Source: Callorhinchus milii (lineage: Eukaryota). From it: a stretch of 64,000 bases of DNA. Shown here one piece after another: positions 40,148 to 52,349 of this stretch. A program made the translations under genes and the position numbers. The notes beneath the pieces were generated by a model. It was given only the letters and a program-made list of their open reading frames with translations, made no database searches and was not told the origin of the DNA. The DNA lies in contig NW_024704742.1 in NCBI RefSeq assembly GCF_018977255.1, forward strand, positions 43,712,001 through 43,776,000, in the 5' to 3' direction. Within the stretch, counting starts at the first letter, position 1, and each line of letters begins with the position of its first letter.

Positions 40148-41519
40148 AAACTAGAACATTACCATGTGCAAATTGGCTACCAAATTTGTCTACAACTACA
40201 CTACAATTTACAGTAAATCCTGTGAATTGCTTTGAAAGATTTCAACAACATGATAAGGCACTACTGTATATATCAAATGCAAGGATTATTGTTATAATAA
40301 TAAATCTTAAGAGGCTCTAAAACAAATAATCCTGTTTCAATAATAAACCATCATACTCATGAGTTACTGCACCTTGCACAATAGTGTTTACTGGCAACAT
40401 TTTAATAAAGGCATCACAAACACTGGATGCCTGTGGGAGCACAGTGAAGTGGGCATGCCAAGCACTGCTTGGCAACATTTTTAAAAACAGCTCCACAACA
40501 TACAATAGAAACAGCTTGTGTATGAAAGGAAAAGAATTCAAGAGGATTTTAGTGCATACTTTGCAGTTATCAGTACATAACAAACAAAAACTCTCAGAGG
40601 GAGCTTCGTAATTGCAAGAGTACACAGCTCTGTAAGAATCTGCATTACCACAACAAGCTAAAAGTGGGAACAACAGAGAGGCTGTGTGAAAGAGAGAGAG
40701 GTCTGCAACGCATAACTGATAATTGTTCACATAAACAATTCAGCAACTCAAAATTAAATAACACAAGCACGAACCAATATGGTCACTGCCATAAAATAAT
40801 ACACTGAATATTAAGTTTCCATACACTGCAAATCTGTAGCCACCAGTCTCAGAGAACATTAAAATCTAATTTATGGCAGCTGCCCATCCTGTACCCTCCT
40901 TTTTTTCCCCCAGAATTCCGATATTTTGTTTGTAATAATTGATTTAGATTGTGGAGTCCAGATGTATGAAAATGTCGAGTACTGTATTACATTAAAGTAG
41001 TTGTCTTGGGTTTAACAGTGCTTTGAAACGTTTGTTTCACTATGACGGATTGAATCAGACAATCAGTCATACTTTCTCCTGAGCTGAGGTAATTTAGACA
41101 AGCGTTACCAGTCACCATTATTTCATTGTGGAGTCAACAATATTGAGTCACAGATGGCAGGATGTCCCAGTTGCATCTAACTTTTATTGCTTAGTACATC
41201 CCATCACTTGTAATTTATTAGTTACATAAATGAAGGAAGAGAATTTGTCCTGCCTATTTCTATCCAGCAAGAGAGGCAGTTGATCTGTATGAGGTATGCT
41301 GGTTAAATACAGTGAAAATCACATCCCGGAATTAGCAGTAAGATAAAATACAAAACCTCAGGATAGAAATTAGCCTGGAGCCTAGTACATGGAGCACTAT
41401 TTCTAAGTTTGCTGATCAAACAAAAATCAGTGAAATGTTGGAATCGAGTCATTTGTTTGTGACGGTCTTGCCACGCGAGTTCCTGAGCCAGGCAGGTCCT
41501 CAGTACTCCAAGATGTAAA

Positions 41520-42040
41520 CAGATTAGCAAATCGGACAGATGAAATTGAAGGCAGGAAAGTGTGAGGTTATACATTTTGGGAGGAAGAGTTGGGAGAGCA
41601 ATTATATGCTAAACTGTAGCTCGGTGGTTAGAGCACTCGCCTTGTAAGCGAGACACCTGGGTTCAATTCCAGGCAGAGGGCGAAACCTTGGGCAAGTTTC
41701 CTTACTCCACACAGAGCCTAATAATAATCCCTCCAAAACAAAGCAATAATAAATTGGTCATTTTCAATCCACGATGTTTGTGGGACACTGCTGTGCGCAA
41801 TTGGCTGCCGCATTTCGCCCACAAATATACAGTCAATTCAGTTTACAGTCTATTCTGTGAAGCGCTTTGAGACGTCGAGAAGACGTGAAAAGCGCTATGT
41901 CAAATGCAAGGATTTTTATTTAAAAAAGGATTAGAAAATCAGAGAGTCCCAGTGTTTAAGATACAAGAATTAAATTCAAGGTGAGAAGCAGGTGGCAAAG
42001 CTGTGAAGGAACCTAATGGAATACCAGAGTACATTCCTAC
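41520..42040 (+). mobile_element. CR1 LINE RT relic interrupted by a SINE
   Basis: QMKLKAGKCEVIHFGRKS motif upstream of the SINE; CR1-like sequence resumes after about 41920. Confidence 0.7.
41614..41918 (+). mobile_element. Near full-length young Deu-SINE
   Basis: tRNA-like head, Deu core, tail. Confidence 0.92.
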
Positions 42041-42504
42041 AGTATAAAAAAAATCTCCAAGTACAGCACATAGGAAGGGTTAGTTACAATTTGATGAACA
42101 TTCCTTTAAGAGGATGTTAATTAGATGTGCAAGGAATTACAACAACAAATTGCATTCATATCATGCCCTTCAAGCAGGTTAACATCTCAGAATGTTTCAC
42201 AGACATGATCAGGCTTTTAGCAAGGGAGGAGGGGATAGATGCCCCAGGCAAGGTCAAAGAGCTATGTTTTAAGGTGGGATTTAAAGACAGATAGAAAAAG
42301 CTTGAGACAGAGAGGGGAAGCGTGAGCAAACCGGATTAAGAGCATATCAAGCATTAGCATTAGCTAAGGATATGGCTAACTTGAATTAACACTACAAAAA
42401 CTACTTTTTTTTAGATTCTGCCCATGTACAAATAGAGAAAGAAATTGAGACAAAAATGACAACACAGGTCTGTACTGGCTGAAGCACTAATTTGCAATTC
42501 TTAC

Positions 42505-42617
42505 CTTTTCTATAAGCAGGCGAATCAAGACTCATGTGTGCGTCGTGCCTGTGAACCCTGTTGAATATATGAAGAGGAAACAATGTGCTCACTTAAGGAA
42601 AAGTTTTCAGTGTTCAT
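42505..42617 (-). CDS. SEPSECS: SEPSECS coding exon 1 (113 nt as given; apparent 1-nt deletion)
   Basis: MNTENFSLSEHIVSSSYIQQGSQARRTHE(S)* then LIRLLIEK in the -1 frame, ending AAG|gtaag; aligns with human MNRESF...ARRSHEHLIRLLLEK; a repaired CDS would be 1542 nt / 513 aa. Confidence 0.92.
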
Positions 42618-42859
42618 TCTTGCTGCTGTGAAGACAAAAAATACCAGCGATGCATGAATAAAAATCAACTAATGCTGCATTGAGTTTGATTCAGATTGAT
42701 ATCGCCTACAAATATATGGTCACTACATTTTACAGTAAATCCTGAGAATCACTATGAGATGACGTTGAACAATGTGATAAGATGCTATGTCAAATGCAAG
42801 GATTAGTATTATTTTATCAGTTTCACAACTGATCAGGCAGACTTGTCATACATATTTTT

Positions 42860-43150
42860 CAACAACAACTTGCCTTTATATAGGGTAGCATTTCCGAGCA
42901 AAGCAAATGTATTTTGAAATAGCGCCTTTTACATCGGGAAGATGTCCCAAAGTACTTAATGATATTTGATGAGCATCCGAGCTGGGGCGAAAATATGGGA
43001 AGGGGAAAGAAAATGGAAAGCATAGCAAAAAGGTAAGTCTGGAGGTGGATCTTGAACAAGGTAAGAGAGTGATTTGGAGGGATTCTGGGGTGGGAATGAA
43101 GGTAGAAAGGTGAATCCCGCAAGCCAGTGCTCGGTGAGGAAGGGACCGCT
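42860..43150 (-). mobile_element. L2 3' relic
   Basis: FKIHLQTYLF-like ORF2 end and two L2-type tails. Confidence 0.65.
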
Positions 43151-44751
43151 TTTCAGTGGACATTTGTTTAAAAAATAAATTGTAATTTTACAACATCTTA
43201 TTATCTTGTAAATATGGCGGATGTTTATGCCAACAAGCCTCACAAGTAGCTAGAAGGAGAAGCCAATTGGTCATTTAATCTAGCCAGGACAACTGATGAA
43301 ACTCCCTCCTCTTTTGAGAAATAGTACTTAGGGATCTTTAAGTTCTGCCAGAAAATAACCATAAATAAAGATTGTCAATAGGTGAATTACGGACATGTAC
43401 TATACAGAAATATATACATCAGACAGCCCATCATTTATTAATCTGTTTATATTACAAGAGGGGAAGTTTTGAGACAGAATGACAACTATAACAACAACAA
43501 TCAATAAAAGAGAATGAAAGAAGTGTTTGCAAGAACAGAGAAGGTGCAAGTAAGAGAATGTTCACTTATCAAAAGTGAAACTTTTGTTTATGCTGTCTGG
43601 GAAAGCAAGAGAGGTCGCCACAGATAAGCTTCCCTAGACAAGGGAGCAACATTCAAAGCTTGAACAACTTTAGGCTTTATGGAGAGAAGAGTTATTCAGA
43701 ATATGTTTGGCACATAGACGAAACTGAGCGTCCTGAGAGTGCTTTAGCAACAGAGGTGATGTGAGCATTCCACCTAAGGTCAAAGGAGATAGATGATGAA
43801 AGATTAAGAGGGGAGCATCAAAGATAAGTGTCACATTATCGGTTGGTTCTTGTGAGAGAAATGAAGAAACAATATAAGAGGAACTGAAATGAACAAGATT
43901 ATAGTTGCCCGTCAAAGGACTTGAAGAAGATCAAGGTTTAGGTTCAGCCTTTGCACCAAGAGGAATAAAGGTCATAAGCCCTCAGGCTACGCGATCTGAA
44001 GAAAATTGAAGAAAGTAAAATGAAACCGTTAGCAAAAGATACAATGGGTAGAGCGGCTGGCGAGAGGAAAGAATGAATTCATGGATACTAAATATTAAAA
44101 TGGCATCATGATTCTATAAAGTTATTCTAACTTCCATTTTTGAATATATATCTACATATTTTACTGTCAGGTAAGCATCAAACTAGGTGTTACAGGTTCT
44201 GCAAGTCCTGTTGATCAAAAAGATTCACTGAAATCAAACTGGTAAGGCATCATTTTTTAACTCGTATTTGACCTTTGCCTAATGTTCTTTGAGGCGAAGC
44301 TTCATTGGTTGGGAAGCACTACTGTTTTGGTTTTGTCCTGACTCCGCACTTGGGGGCACCCACCACCTTGTCCTACAGTGTTCACGGTGGGGAGTGCAGC
44401 GCAAAAGGTCCCCAGATGAGTCCACAAACTGCATAAAAATATCTTAACCTCAGATGTTTGAGGATGTACTAAGGTTTCTTACGACCAATATGATTTCTAT
44501 AATTCTTTGTGTGGGCATGAGTGGGAAATTGTGACTTGGGATACATGGATTTATTGGAGGAGCAAACAGCAGACACAAATACTATGGAGCTGAACGGTCA
44601 TCTCCTGTGGGTAGATTTCTATGGGAGTAAAGGGTTGGCAGCTGGAGTTGGCTGAATGGCCAGCCTTGGACCCCTACACACATCAGGCTATCATTGTCAA
44701 GTGAATGCGAATTTATTGAGCATTAGCCCACCCCCTGCAGATACAGCCTCC

Positions 44752-44955
44752 TGCACCAGACCATGAGACGCACACACACACTCTCTCCAGCACCAGATTA
44801 TGAGACACACACACACACTCTCTCCAGCACCAGATCATGACTCACACGCACACTCTCTCTCTCTCTCCAGCACCAGATTATGACAGACACTCTCTCTCCA
44901 GCACCGGATGATACACACACACTCTCTCTCTCTCTCTCTCTCTCCAGCACCAGGT
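44752..44955 (+). repeat. Compound minisatellite, about 6 units of ctccagcaccagat.atga + (CA)n(CT)n
   Basis: Read directly. Confidence 0.9.
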
Positions 44956-45389
44956 CACTAGTGAGTCCTTTATACCTATAACCAGTCATTCTCCTTCCCT
45001 CTCACACGAGCACAAACCAGCCTAAGGACAGCACTGATGGTACCGCCTTGTATAGGGAGTATTTGCATTTTACTGAGAGCTTCACACACCCACAGTCACC
45101 AGCTCTTCCAGTGCTGAGCCCGACACCAACCTCACCTCGGAGATGAAGAGCGAGAGGCTGCAGCCAGGGTCTAAAGTCAAAGGAATCAGGCTGGGAGTTT
45201 CATTGGATTTATTGTAAAAAGATGTGGTTACCACTTAAGTGTTCAGTTTGCAAAGCTCCGCCAGGCACAGGCTTTCCGCTTCCAGTGCAGTTCTGAACTA
45301 TAACCTCTCCCCAAAGTCTACAGACTCTCAGTGTAGCAGTTCAGCCTCAGCAGCACTGCCTCCCTCCCTCCTGCTGCATTCATTCCCTC

Positions 45390-45690
45390 TGCATTGGGGG
45401 GGGGGGGGAGGAGGATAATTGAAGGCACAATCGAAGAGGAGGGCCTTGAGATGGGTGTTGAAGGAGGCGAGGGAGGGGGCGAGGCGGAGGGACTGTGGGA
45501 TGGAGTTCCAGAGCATGGGGGCAGAGTGGCAGAAAGCCCACCCGCCAATGGTGGGGCAGGAGAGCCGGGGGAAGTGAATCAGGCTGCCGCCCACTGAGCA
45601 GAGGGAGCGAGCACGATGGGTAGGAGGTTACGAGGTTGCAGAGGTAGGGGGGAGCAAGGCCATGGAGGGGGCTTTGAAGGTGAGGAAAGC
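45390..45690 (-). mobile_element. L2 LINE 3' fragment
   Basis: TIGGWAFCHSAPMLWNSIPQSLRLAPSLASFNTHLKALLF. Confidence 0.88.
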
Positions 45691-46564
45691 AAGAGATTGG
45701 AGAAAATCAATACACTGGATAAAAGGCTGCTCGTATACAAGCATGGTACATTTCAACGAAAATGCAAACACTGTACCTGTACAAAATGCATTTAGGAAGG
45801 GACTGATATTCATGTTTACATCATGAGATTTTCTGTTGATATGTTTTAAATGGTGGTGGTGATGAATAGTAACTATTTTAATCTGCTTCTATTTTACTGT
45901 GCAAAAATATTGAATATGAATATGTATGAGGGGTCAAGGTGGACTCTACCCCCACCCCTCGAAAAAAAAGCTTTGAAGGAGCTCTCTTGTAATTTGGGAG
46001 TGAGACAAGTCAAGCCGATTTTGTTGTGATGTTTTTCTAATGATTTTAGAATTGTTTGGATAAAGAAAAGAAAATATTTTACACTTTTAGAAATCTTGGC
46101 CATGATCCTTTTGTCTAGGAAGAGGCTGAAGTAAGCGTTCAATTAAATTATTAAGAATGACTTCTCTTGGTTGGATCCTAAGACAATCTGGTAGGAAGAG
46201 CTTTCACACACTTCAACTGACTACAGACCTTTGGCTTGGTTCTTGAGCGTGTATTCCATTTCCAGACACAGGAAACTTTCAATATGTAGGTGGCATATGT
46301 ATGTGGGTCTGTCAATCTGGTTTGGATACTCTTAAGCAAGATGATAGTGACAGACTGCATAAAATGCTGTTTATCTACAAGCATGGTACATTTAAACTAA
46401 AATGCAAATACTGTACAAAATGCATTTAGGAAAGGACTGATATTTATGTTTTTGCATCATGAGCTAGACATTCTTGCTTCAGAACAACATCTTCAAGAAA
46501 TAAGACAGCCTGCAAAAAATAAAACAGGCAAAGTCGGGTAAAGAAGAGTACAGCCATATGCCTC

Positions 46565-47000
46565 TAAAAGTGGAAGTGCAAGTGGATAAAATGATAAAAT
46601 CCCGAAATAGAATTCTGGATTTACATTTAGGAGCACAGAACACAAGAGAAATTAATTTATGTTAATTATGTACAATACGCTGGCTTGACCTCATTTGGCG
46701 TATTAAGTTTAGTTTTGGACACCTCATTGTGGATAGGACAATAGGACATCATTGTCATTGAGAGAGTATTAAACTGGAGATTCTGGAAATGGGAGATTTT
46801 TTAGAAGATGTTTTGTTGCACACATAGATATTTGTAAGAATGTGGAATGCCTTACCACAAACTTTATAACAGCATTTGAAAGGGAATTGGATAAATAGTA
46901 ACTTAGAAAAAAAAAGTTATGGGGAAAAGAGCAAAGTACATCCAGGAAAGGAGCTTGAACCAGCAGATCAGGCCAAATGGCTTCCTCTTGTGCCCGTCTT
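46565..47000 (+). mobile_element. CR1 LINE relic (RT C-terminal part and 3' UTR)
   Basis: MLIMYNTLA*PHLAY*V*FWTPH and RMWNALPQ motifs. Confidence 0.65.
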
Positions 47001-47003
47001 CCA

Positions 47004-47430
47004 TTGCAGAAGCTTGCAACAGATCAATTTGAATCTAGAAGGTGTAGTTATTTATTTGATGTAAATTACTTTTTGAGATATGTGAATGTCACCAAGTTGT
47101 CATCTGATTTAATTGAATATCTGAAATCCATCTTCGCTCAACATGGCGTTCCAGAACAAGTCACATCAGATAATGGACCACAATCTTCAGTGGCCTGCTC
47201 TTCCCAGTTTACAAATGACTATTGATTTATCCACATCACAAGCAGTTCAGGATACATGCAAAGAAATGTAAATGAAGGCTGTGTAATACAGACAGGGAAA
47301 CATTTGTTGAACGAAGTATGCAATTCCTAATTTGCTCTTAAATCATATTAGAGTTTGTCCATAAAAAAATAATGAATAGCACAGAATAAGTTCTTATAAA
47401 TAGGAACCTGAGAACAACTTTCCAGTCTAC
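47004..47430 (+). mobile_element. Ty3/Gypsy integrase (rve) relic
   Basis: QKLATDQFE...YLFDVNYFLRY...LKSIFAQHGVPEQVTSDNGPQ...Y*FIHITSS matches the integrase core pattern (HGxP..SDNGPQ). Confidence 0.85.
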
Positions 47431-47879
47431 GTGCACAAACTAAACTTTGAGTGGTCACATTTTGAAGCAGTTAAAGGAAGACAGAAGAATTAAAGCAGAA
47501 CAATCCTGTATAATTTTCAACTCGATACATTTCAATAAGGTAATCACATCTTACTCAAAACTACATAGTATACTACATAGTATACAGAGCGCCTTGGGAC
47601 GTCCTCCCGACGTGAAAGGCGCTCAATAAATGGAATCTTGTTGTTGTTGTTGTATAAGAACATTATAGTTAAAAGAGTAAATACAACATGCTCCTTGCAG
47701 GTTAATTTTTTTATTTCTATAAATATGGTTTCTCTTCAAATGTTGATAATGGTCTCAGCCTCAATAATCACTTGTAACAAAGCACTCCATACTTCAAGCC
47801 ATATTCGTTCTGGTCCAGTAAGAGATTAGTTACACACTGTTAATTGCTCCAGATGGGATTTTATTTCATTTAAAAACAC

Positions 47880-49190
47880 AGTAATTACAGCACAGAAGGA
47901 GGCCATTTCTCGAATAAATAAATTCTCATACTTATGAACCTACACTGCATCCTTCCCATGGTTTTCATATTCTTTCAGTAATGAAGTGCCCAGAACTGCA
48001 CAAGTACTCCATCTGTGGCCTAACCCAATGTCTTACATAAATTCTTGTTTCATTAACCCTATATATAAACCTAGAATTCTTTGTACTTGTTCCCACCTTT
48101 AAAGGTCTGGATAATTGCACCCTTAGACCTCTCCTGAAAATCATTAAGAATGTTAGCATTTAGGGTACACTTTATTTTTTCTCCAATTGTTCTACATCAC
48201 ATTTCTCAACATTGCACTGCATCTGCCAACTTAGCTGTTCACAATGGTAAATCAAATTGGAAGGAATAAGTCAATCATTCTCCAGGTTCTCCATGTTGAT
48301 CTCTCCGTTCCCTCTGCTCAGCAGGCTCCTGCCTGCTCCACGTCCCCCACCTGGCCCGCCCCACCAACATTGGTTGATACCCTTATGGTATCTTCAGTTT
48401 CTCTGTCCCCACTCTTTGGATCTCTATCCCAGTCCCTTTGCCTTGCTCTCTCCCTCACCTCCTTCAATGCTCATCTCAAGACCCTCCTCTTCGACTGCAC
48501 CTTCGGTCACCCTCCTACTCCTGCCCTCCACCCCTCCTGATCCCAACCCCCTGCTCGGGTCCGAATCTCTGACTGTCCAGCACCTTGGGCTGTTGTCACA
48601 ATGTGGAGGCGCTAAACAAATGTAATGTGTTGTTGTTTCTTGCATTTGTCATCACTGTTTGCTTCCCCATAATTTAGTTAATCAACAGAAATATTTTCTT
48701 CTAATTGCCTTTTAACATAGATGAAAATTAATAGTGGTCCTGGCACAGATCCCTCAAATTTACTACGGATTACTGTATCCCATGCACAGCTAATATCCAT
48801 CGCCTTAATTTACCAAAGTGCCTCACATTTTTTCAACAAGGATCTTATATGGTATCTTGTATATATGGCATCCATGTATATACTGCATTCCCTTTATTAA
48901 TAACACACAGCTTTCCTCAGATAATACAATCAAATTAGTCAAGTATTACTTCTCTTTTTTCATATCCATGCTGACTCTCTTGGATCAATCCCAGTTTTTA
49001 TTAGAATTTAACAATCTAACCTATATACAGTCTCTAGACATTCATCTACAACTGAGGTAGGATCAATTGGCCATTTCCCAGCTTATCCTCTTCCCTCCTT
49101 TTGAACATTTGCCACACTCCAATCCTTTGGCTTGATCCGTGTTTCCAAAGGTTCTTCTGAACATTGTGGCTAATTCACTGTCTGTCTAAT
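47880..49190 (-). mobile_element. CR1 relic(s) interrupted by a plus-strand L2 tail (about 48300-48640)
   Basis: VRPQMEYLCSSG-like motif and acagcacagaaggaggccatt 3' end; the L2 piece reads SLTSFNAHLKTLLF. Confidence 0.55.
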
Positions 49191-49206
49191 CCTCGATCTT
49201 CAATGT

Positions 49207-49391
49207 TATAATAATAATAATCCTTGCATTTGATATAGCGCTTTTCACGTCAGGAGGATGTCCCAAAGCGCTTCACAGAACACACTCTAAAGTGGATTGA
49301 CAGTATATTTGTGGGCGAACACGGCAGCCAATTGCGCACAGCAATGTCCCACAAACAGTCGTAGATTGAAAATGATCAATTTATTATTGTT
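49207..49391 (-). mobile_element. 3' half of a young Deu-SINE
   Basis: Near-identical inverted copy of 49660-49850. Confidence 0.9.
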
Positions 49392-49524
49392 ATGAGATAC
49401 CCACTGGTAACTATCATTAGTGGTAACTCTATCACTATGACATAGCAGAGCACCAATAACAGTACCATTGTACCACAGAGCACTGGTAACAGTAATAAAA
49501 AAGAATAATCCTTACATTTATTCT

Positions 49525-49852
49525 GGAGTCCTGTAGCTCAGTGGTTGAGCACTCGCTTTGCAAGCGAGAGACTTGAGTTCAATTCCAGGCAGAGGGCGAA
49601 ACCTTGGGCAAGTTTCCTTACTCCACACGCCTAATAATAATCCCTCCAAAAAAACCAAAAACAATAATAAAATTGGTCATTTTCAACCCACGACTGTTTG
49701 TGGGACATTGCTGTGCGCAATTGGCTGCCGCGTTCGCCCACAAATATACTGTCAATCCACTTTAGAGTGTGTTCTGTGAAGCGCTTTGGGACGTCCTCCT
49801 GACGTGAAAAGCGCTATATCAAATGCAAGGATTATTATTATTATTATTATTA
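49525..49852 (+). mobile_element. Full-length young Deu-SINE nested in the tail of an older minus-strand SINE (49504-50118)
   Basis: Intact head; ttacattt occurs on both sides (likely target-site duplication). Confidence 0.92.
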
Positions 49853-50350
49853 CATTTGGTATAGCACCTTTCAGGTCGGGGGACATCCCAAAGCGCCCAG
49901 CAAGATTTTCTGTGAAGTGCAGTGACTGCGTATTTGTCGGAGAACGAGGCAACCCAATTGCGCGCAGCAATATCCCACAAATAGCCACGTCACACAAAAT
50001 GGCAAACTTTATTTTGGAGAATTGTTGGTGGTACAACAGTGGGAGAGAACTCCCCTTGACCTCTTGGGGTCTTTTGACATCCACCTCAACAGGTATCACA
50101 GGGCGTCTTTACGTCATCATAGAATACCAGCAACAGTACCGTTGTGACATCACAGAGCAGCCACAAACAGTTCCATTGTGACACCATTGTCACGATTAGC
50201 CTCGCAGGGATCCCTGGGAAATCCGCGGCGCAGGATGAACCGGCAGGTTCCCCCTGGTGGCTGATGCGCAGGCGCGTGCCTCGAGAGAGAGAGAGAGCGA
50301 GAGCTGCCGGGTTGGGAGGGGGGGCGTGGCCGGGGGCGGAGTTGCTAGGC

Positions 50351-50530
50351 GCCGGGGGCTGTGAGTGACAGCCTGGGGGGGGCGGGGCCGGGGGCTGTGA
50401 GTGACAGCCTGGGGGAGGGCGGGGCCGGGGGCTGTGAGTGACAGCCTGGGGGAGGGCGGGGCCGGGGGCTGTGAGTGACAGCCGGGGGGGGGCGGGGCCG
50501 GGGGCTGTGAGTGACAGCCGGGGGGGGGGG
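50351..50530 (+). repeat. Promoter tandem repeat, five units of 36-37 bp
   Basis: Unit gccgggggctgTGAGTGACAGcc(t)ggggg(a/g)gggcggg; decamer starts at 50362, 50398, 50435, 50472, 50508. Confidence 0.95.
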
Positions 50531-50571
50531 TTGGGGCAGAGCGCGGATGGAGGCGGCCTCGCGCTCGCTGA

Positions 50572-51099
<528 letters not shown>

Positions 51100-51690
51100 T
51101 AATATTATATACACAGTCACCAGTCTGGCGGAGAGGGTCGCACTCTCACCTCTGAGTCACTCACTCACTCACCCACTCGGCTGTGGGTCCAATGGTCGCC
51201 CTCAGGTCCTCTCCTCTCCCTGTGTGTGTGTGTGTATGGGGGTGGGGCGGGGGGGAGGGGCGATGTATCAATGCAAGTTGTTGTTGTTGTTGTTGTGGCT
51301 CAGGCCCCAGTCTGGACTTTGACCCCCCCGCCCTGGAGCTGCCCGGTGCACCGTCCGGGCGTCACGTCCACCGCCGCATGTGTTCGGACGTGGGTCCGGT
51401 CGGCCCGCGGAAGCCCCGCCGCCCTCGTCCTCAAGAGGGAATGGCGTTCACGCCCGTGTCCGGGCCGACGGTCCGGAAAGCCGGTCGTTCGCTTCGCGGC
51501 CGTTTGCGGAACGTGCCTCTGCGCCGATTCACTGCCCCGTTTCTCAGAACAATGCACAAGTCACTTTTAAGTGTTCCCCTGACGCGAATATCGCTATATC
51601 AAACATAAGGATTTTTTTTAAAATCCAAGGGTGCAATAGGTGGAGAGAAAGAGGATAAACTGGACATCTGAGATCTATTAAATTACTACT

Positions 51691-52001
51691 GGGAGTCCTG
51701 TAGCTCAGTGGTTAGAGCACTCGCCTCACAAGCGAGAGACCTGGGTTTGATTCCCACCAGGGTGAAACCTTGGGCAAGTTTCCTTACTCCACACGCCTGA
51801 TAATAATCCCTCAAGAAAAATAAAACAATAATAAATTGGTCACTTCAAACCACAACTGTTTGTGGGACACATCTGTGCGCAATTGGCTGCCGCGTTTCAT
51901 CCTCGAATATACAGTCAATTCACTTTACAGTCTTCTGTGAAGCGCTTTGAGACGTCGAGAAGACGTGAAATTGCGCTATATCAAATGCAAGGATTATTAT
52001 T
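51691..52001 (+). mobile_element. Full-length young Deu-SINE
   Basis: GGGAGTCCTGTAGCTCAGTGG head, Deu core, tail. Confidence 0.92.
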
Positions 52002-52349
52002 GTTTCTTGATTTTTAGGGAGAGGAAATGTTTTAAATTTTAAAAGACCCAACTTGTATTGTATGAATGAGCTCTGGATTACCAAAGTAGGTTGTGGGTTC
52101 AAGCTCCATGTCAGGACATGAGCTTACATATTCACATGCCCTCCCGACATGAATAATGCAGTAAACCTCACGTAAGTTGTATAATATATGACTTACGTAG
52201 AGTTATATGCAAGTCAGACTTTTATGACTTACACACAACAAGTACTGAACTGCCTGGTGATATTAGGGCAAGGTTTCAAAATGGAAATTTTCAGACCCTT
52301 CATTTTCCAGAATAAGCATTTTCAGGTACTTTTCAATCTGTTTTATGAT

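Noticed and set aside
43450..44100. Purine-rich stretch possibly a Gypsy gag remnant
   Set aside because: Only faint similarity with many stops; not supportable without a profile search
50351..50530. CRISPR-like array (also considered for 44752-44955)
   Set aside because: Eukaryotic locus; units are tandem with no unique spacers and no cas genes
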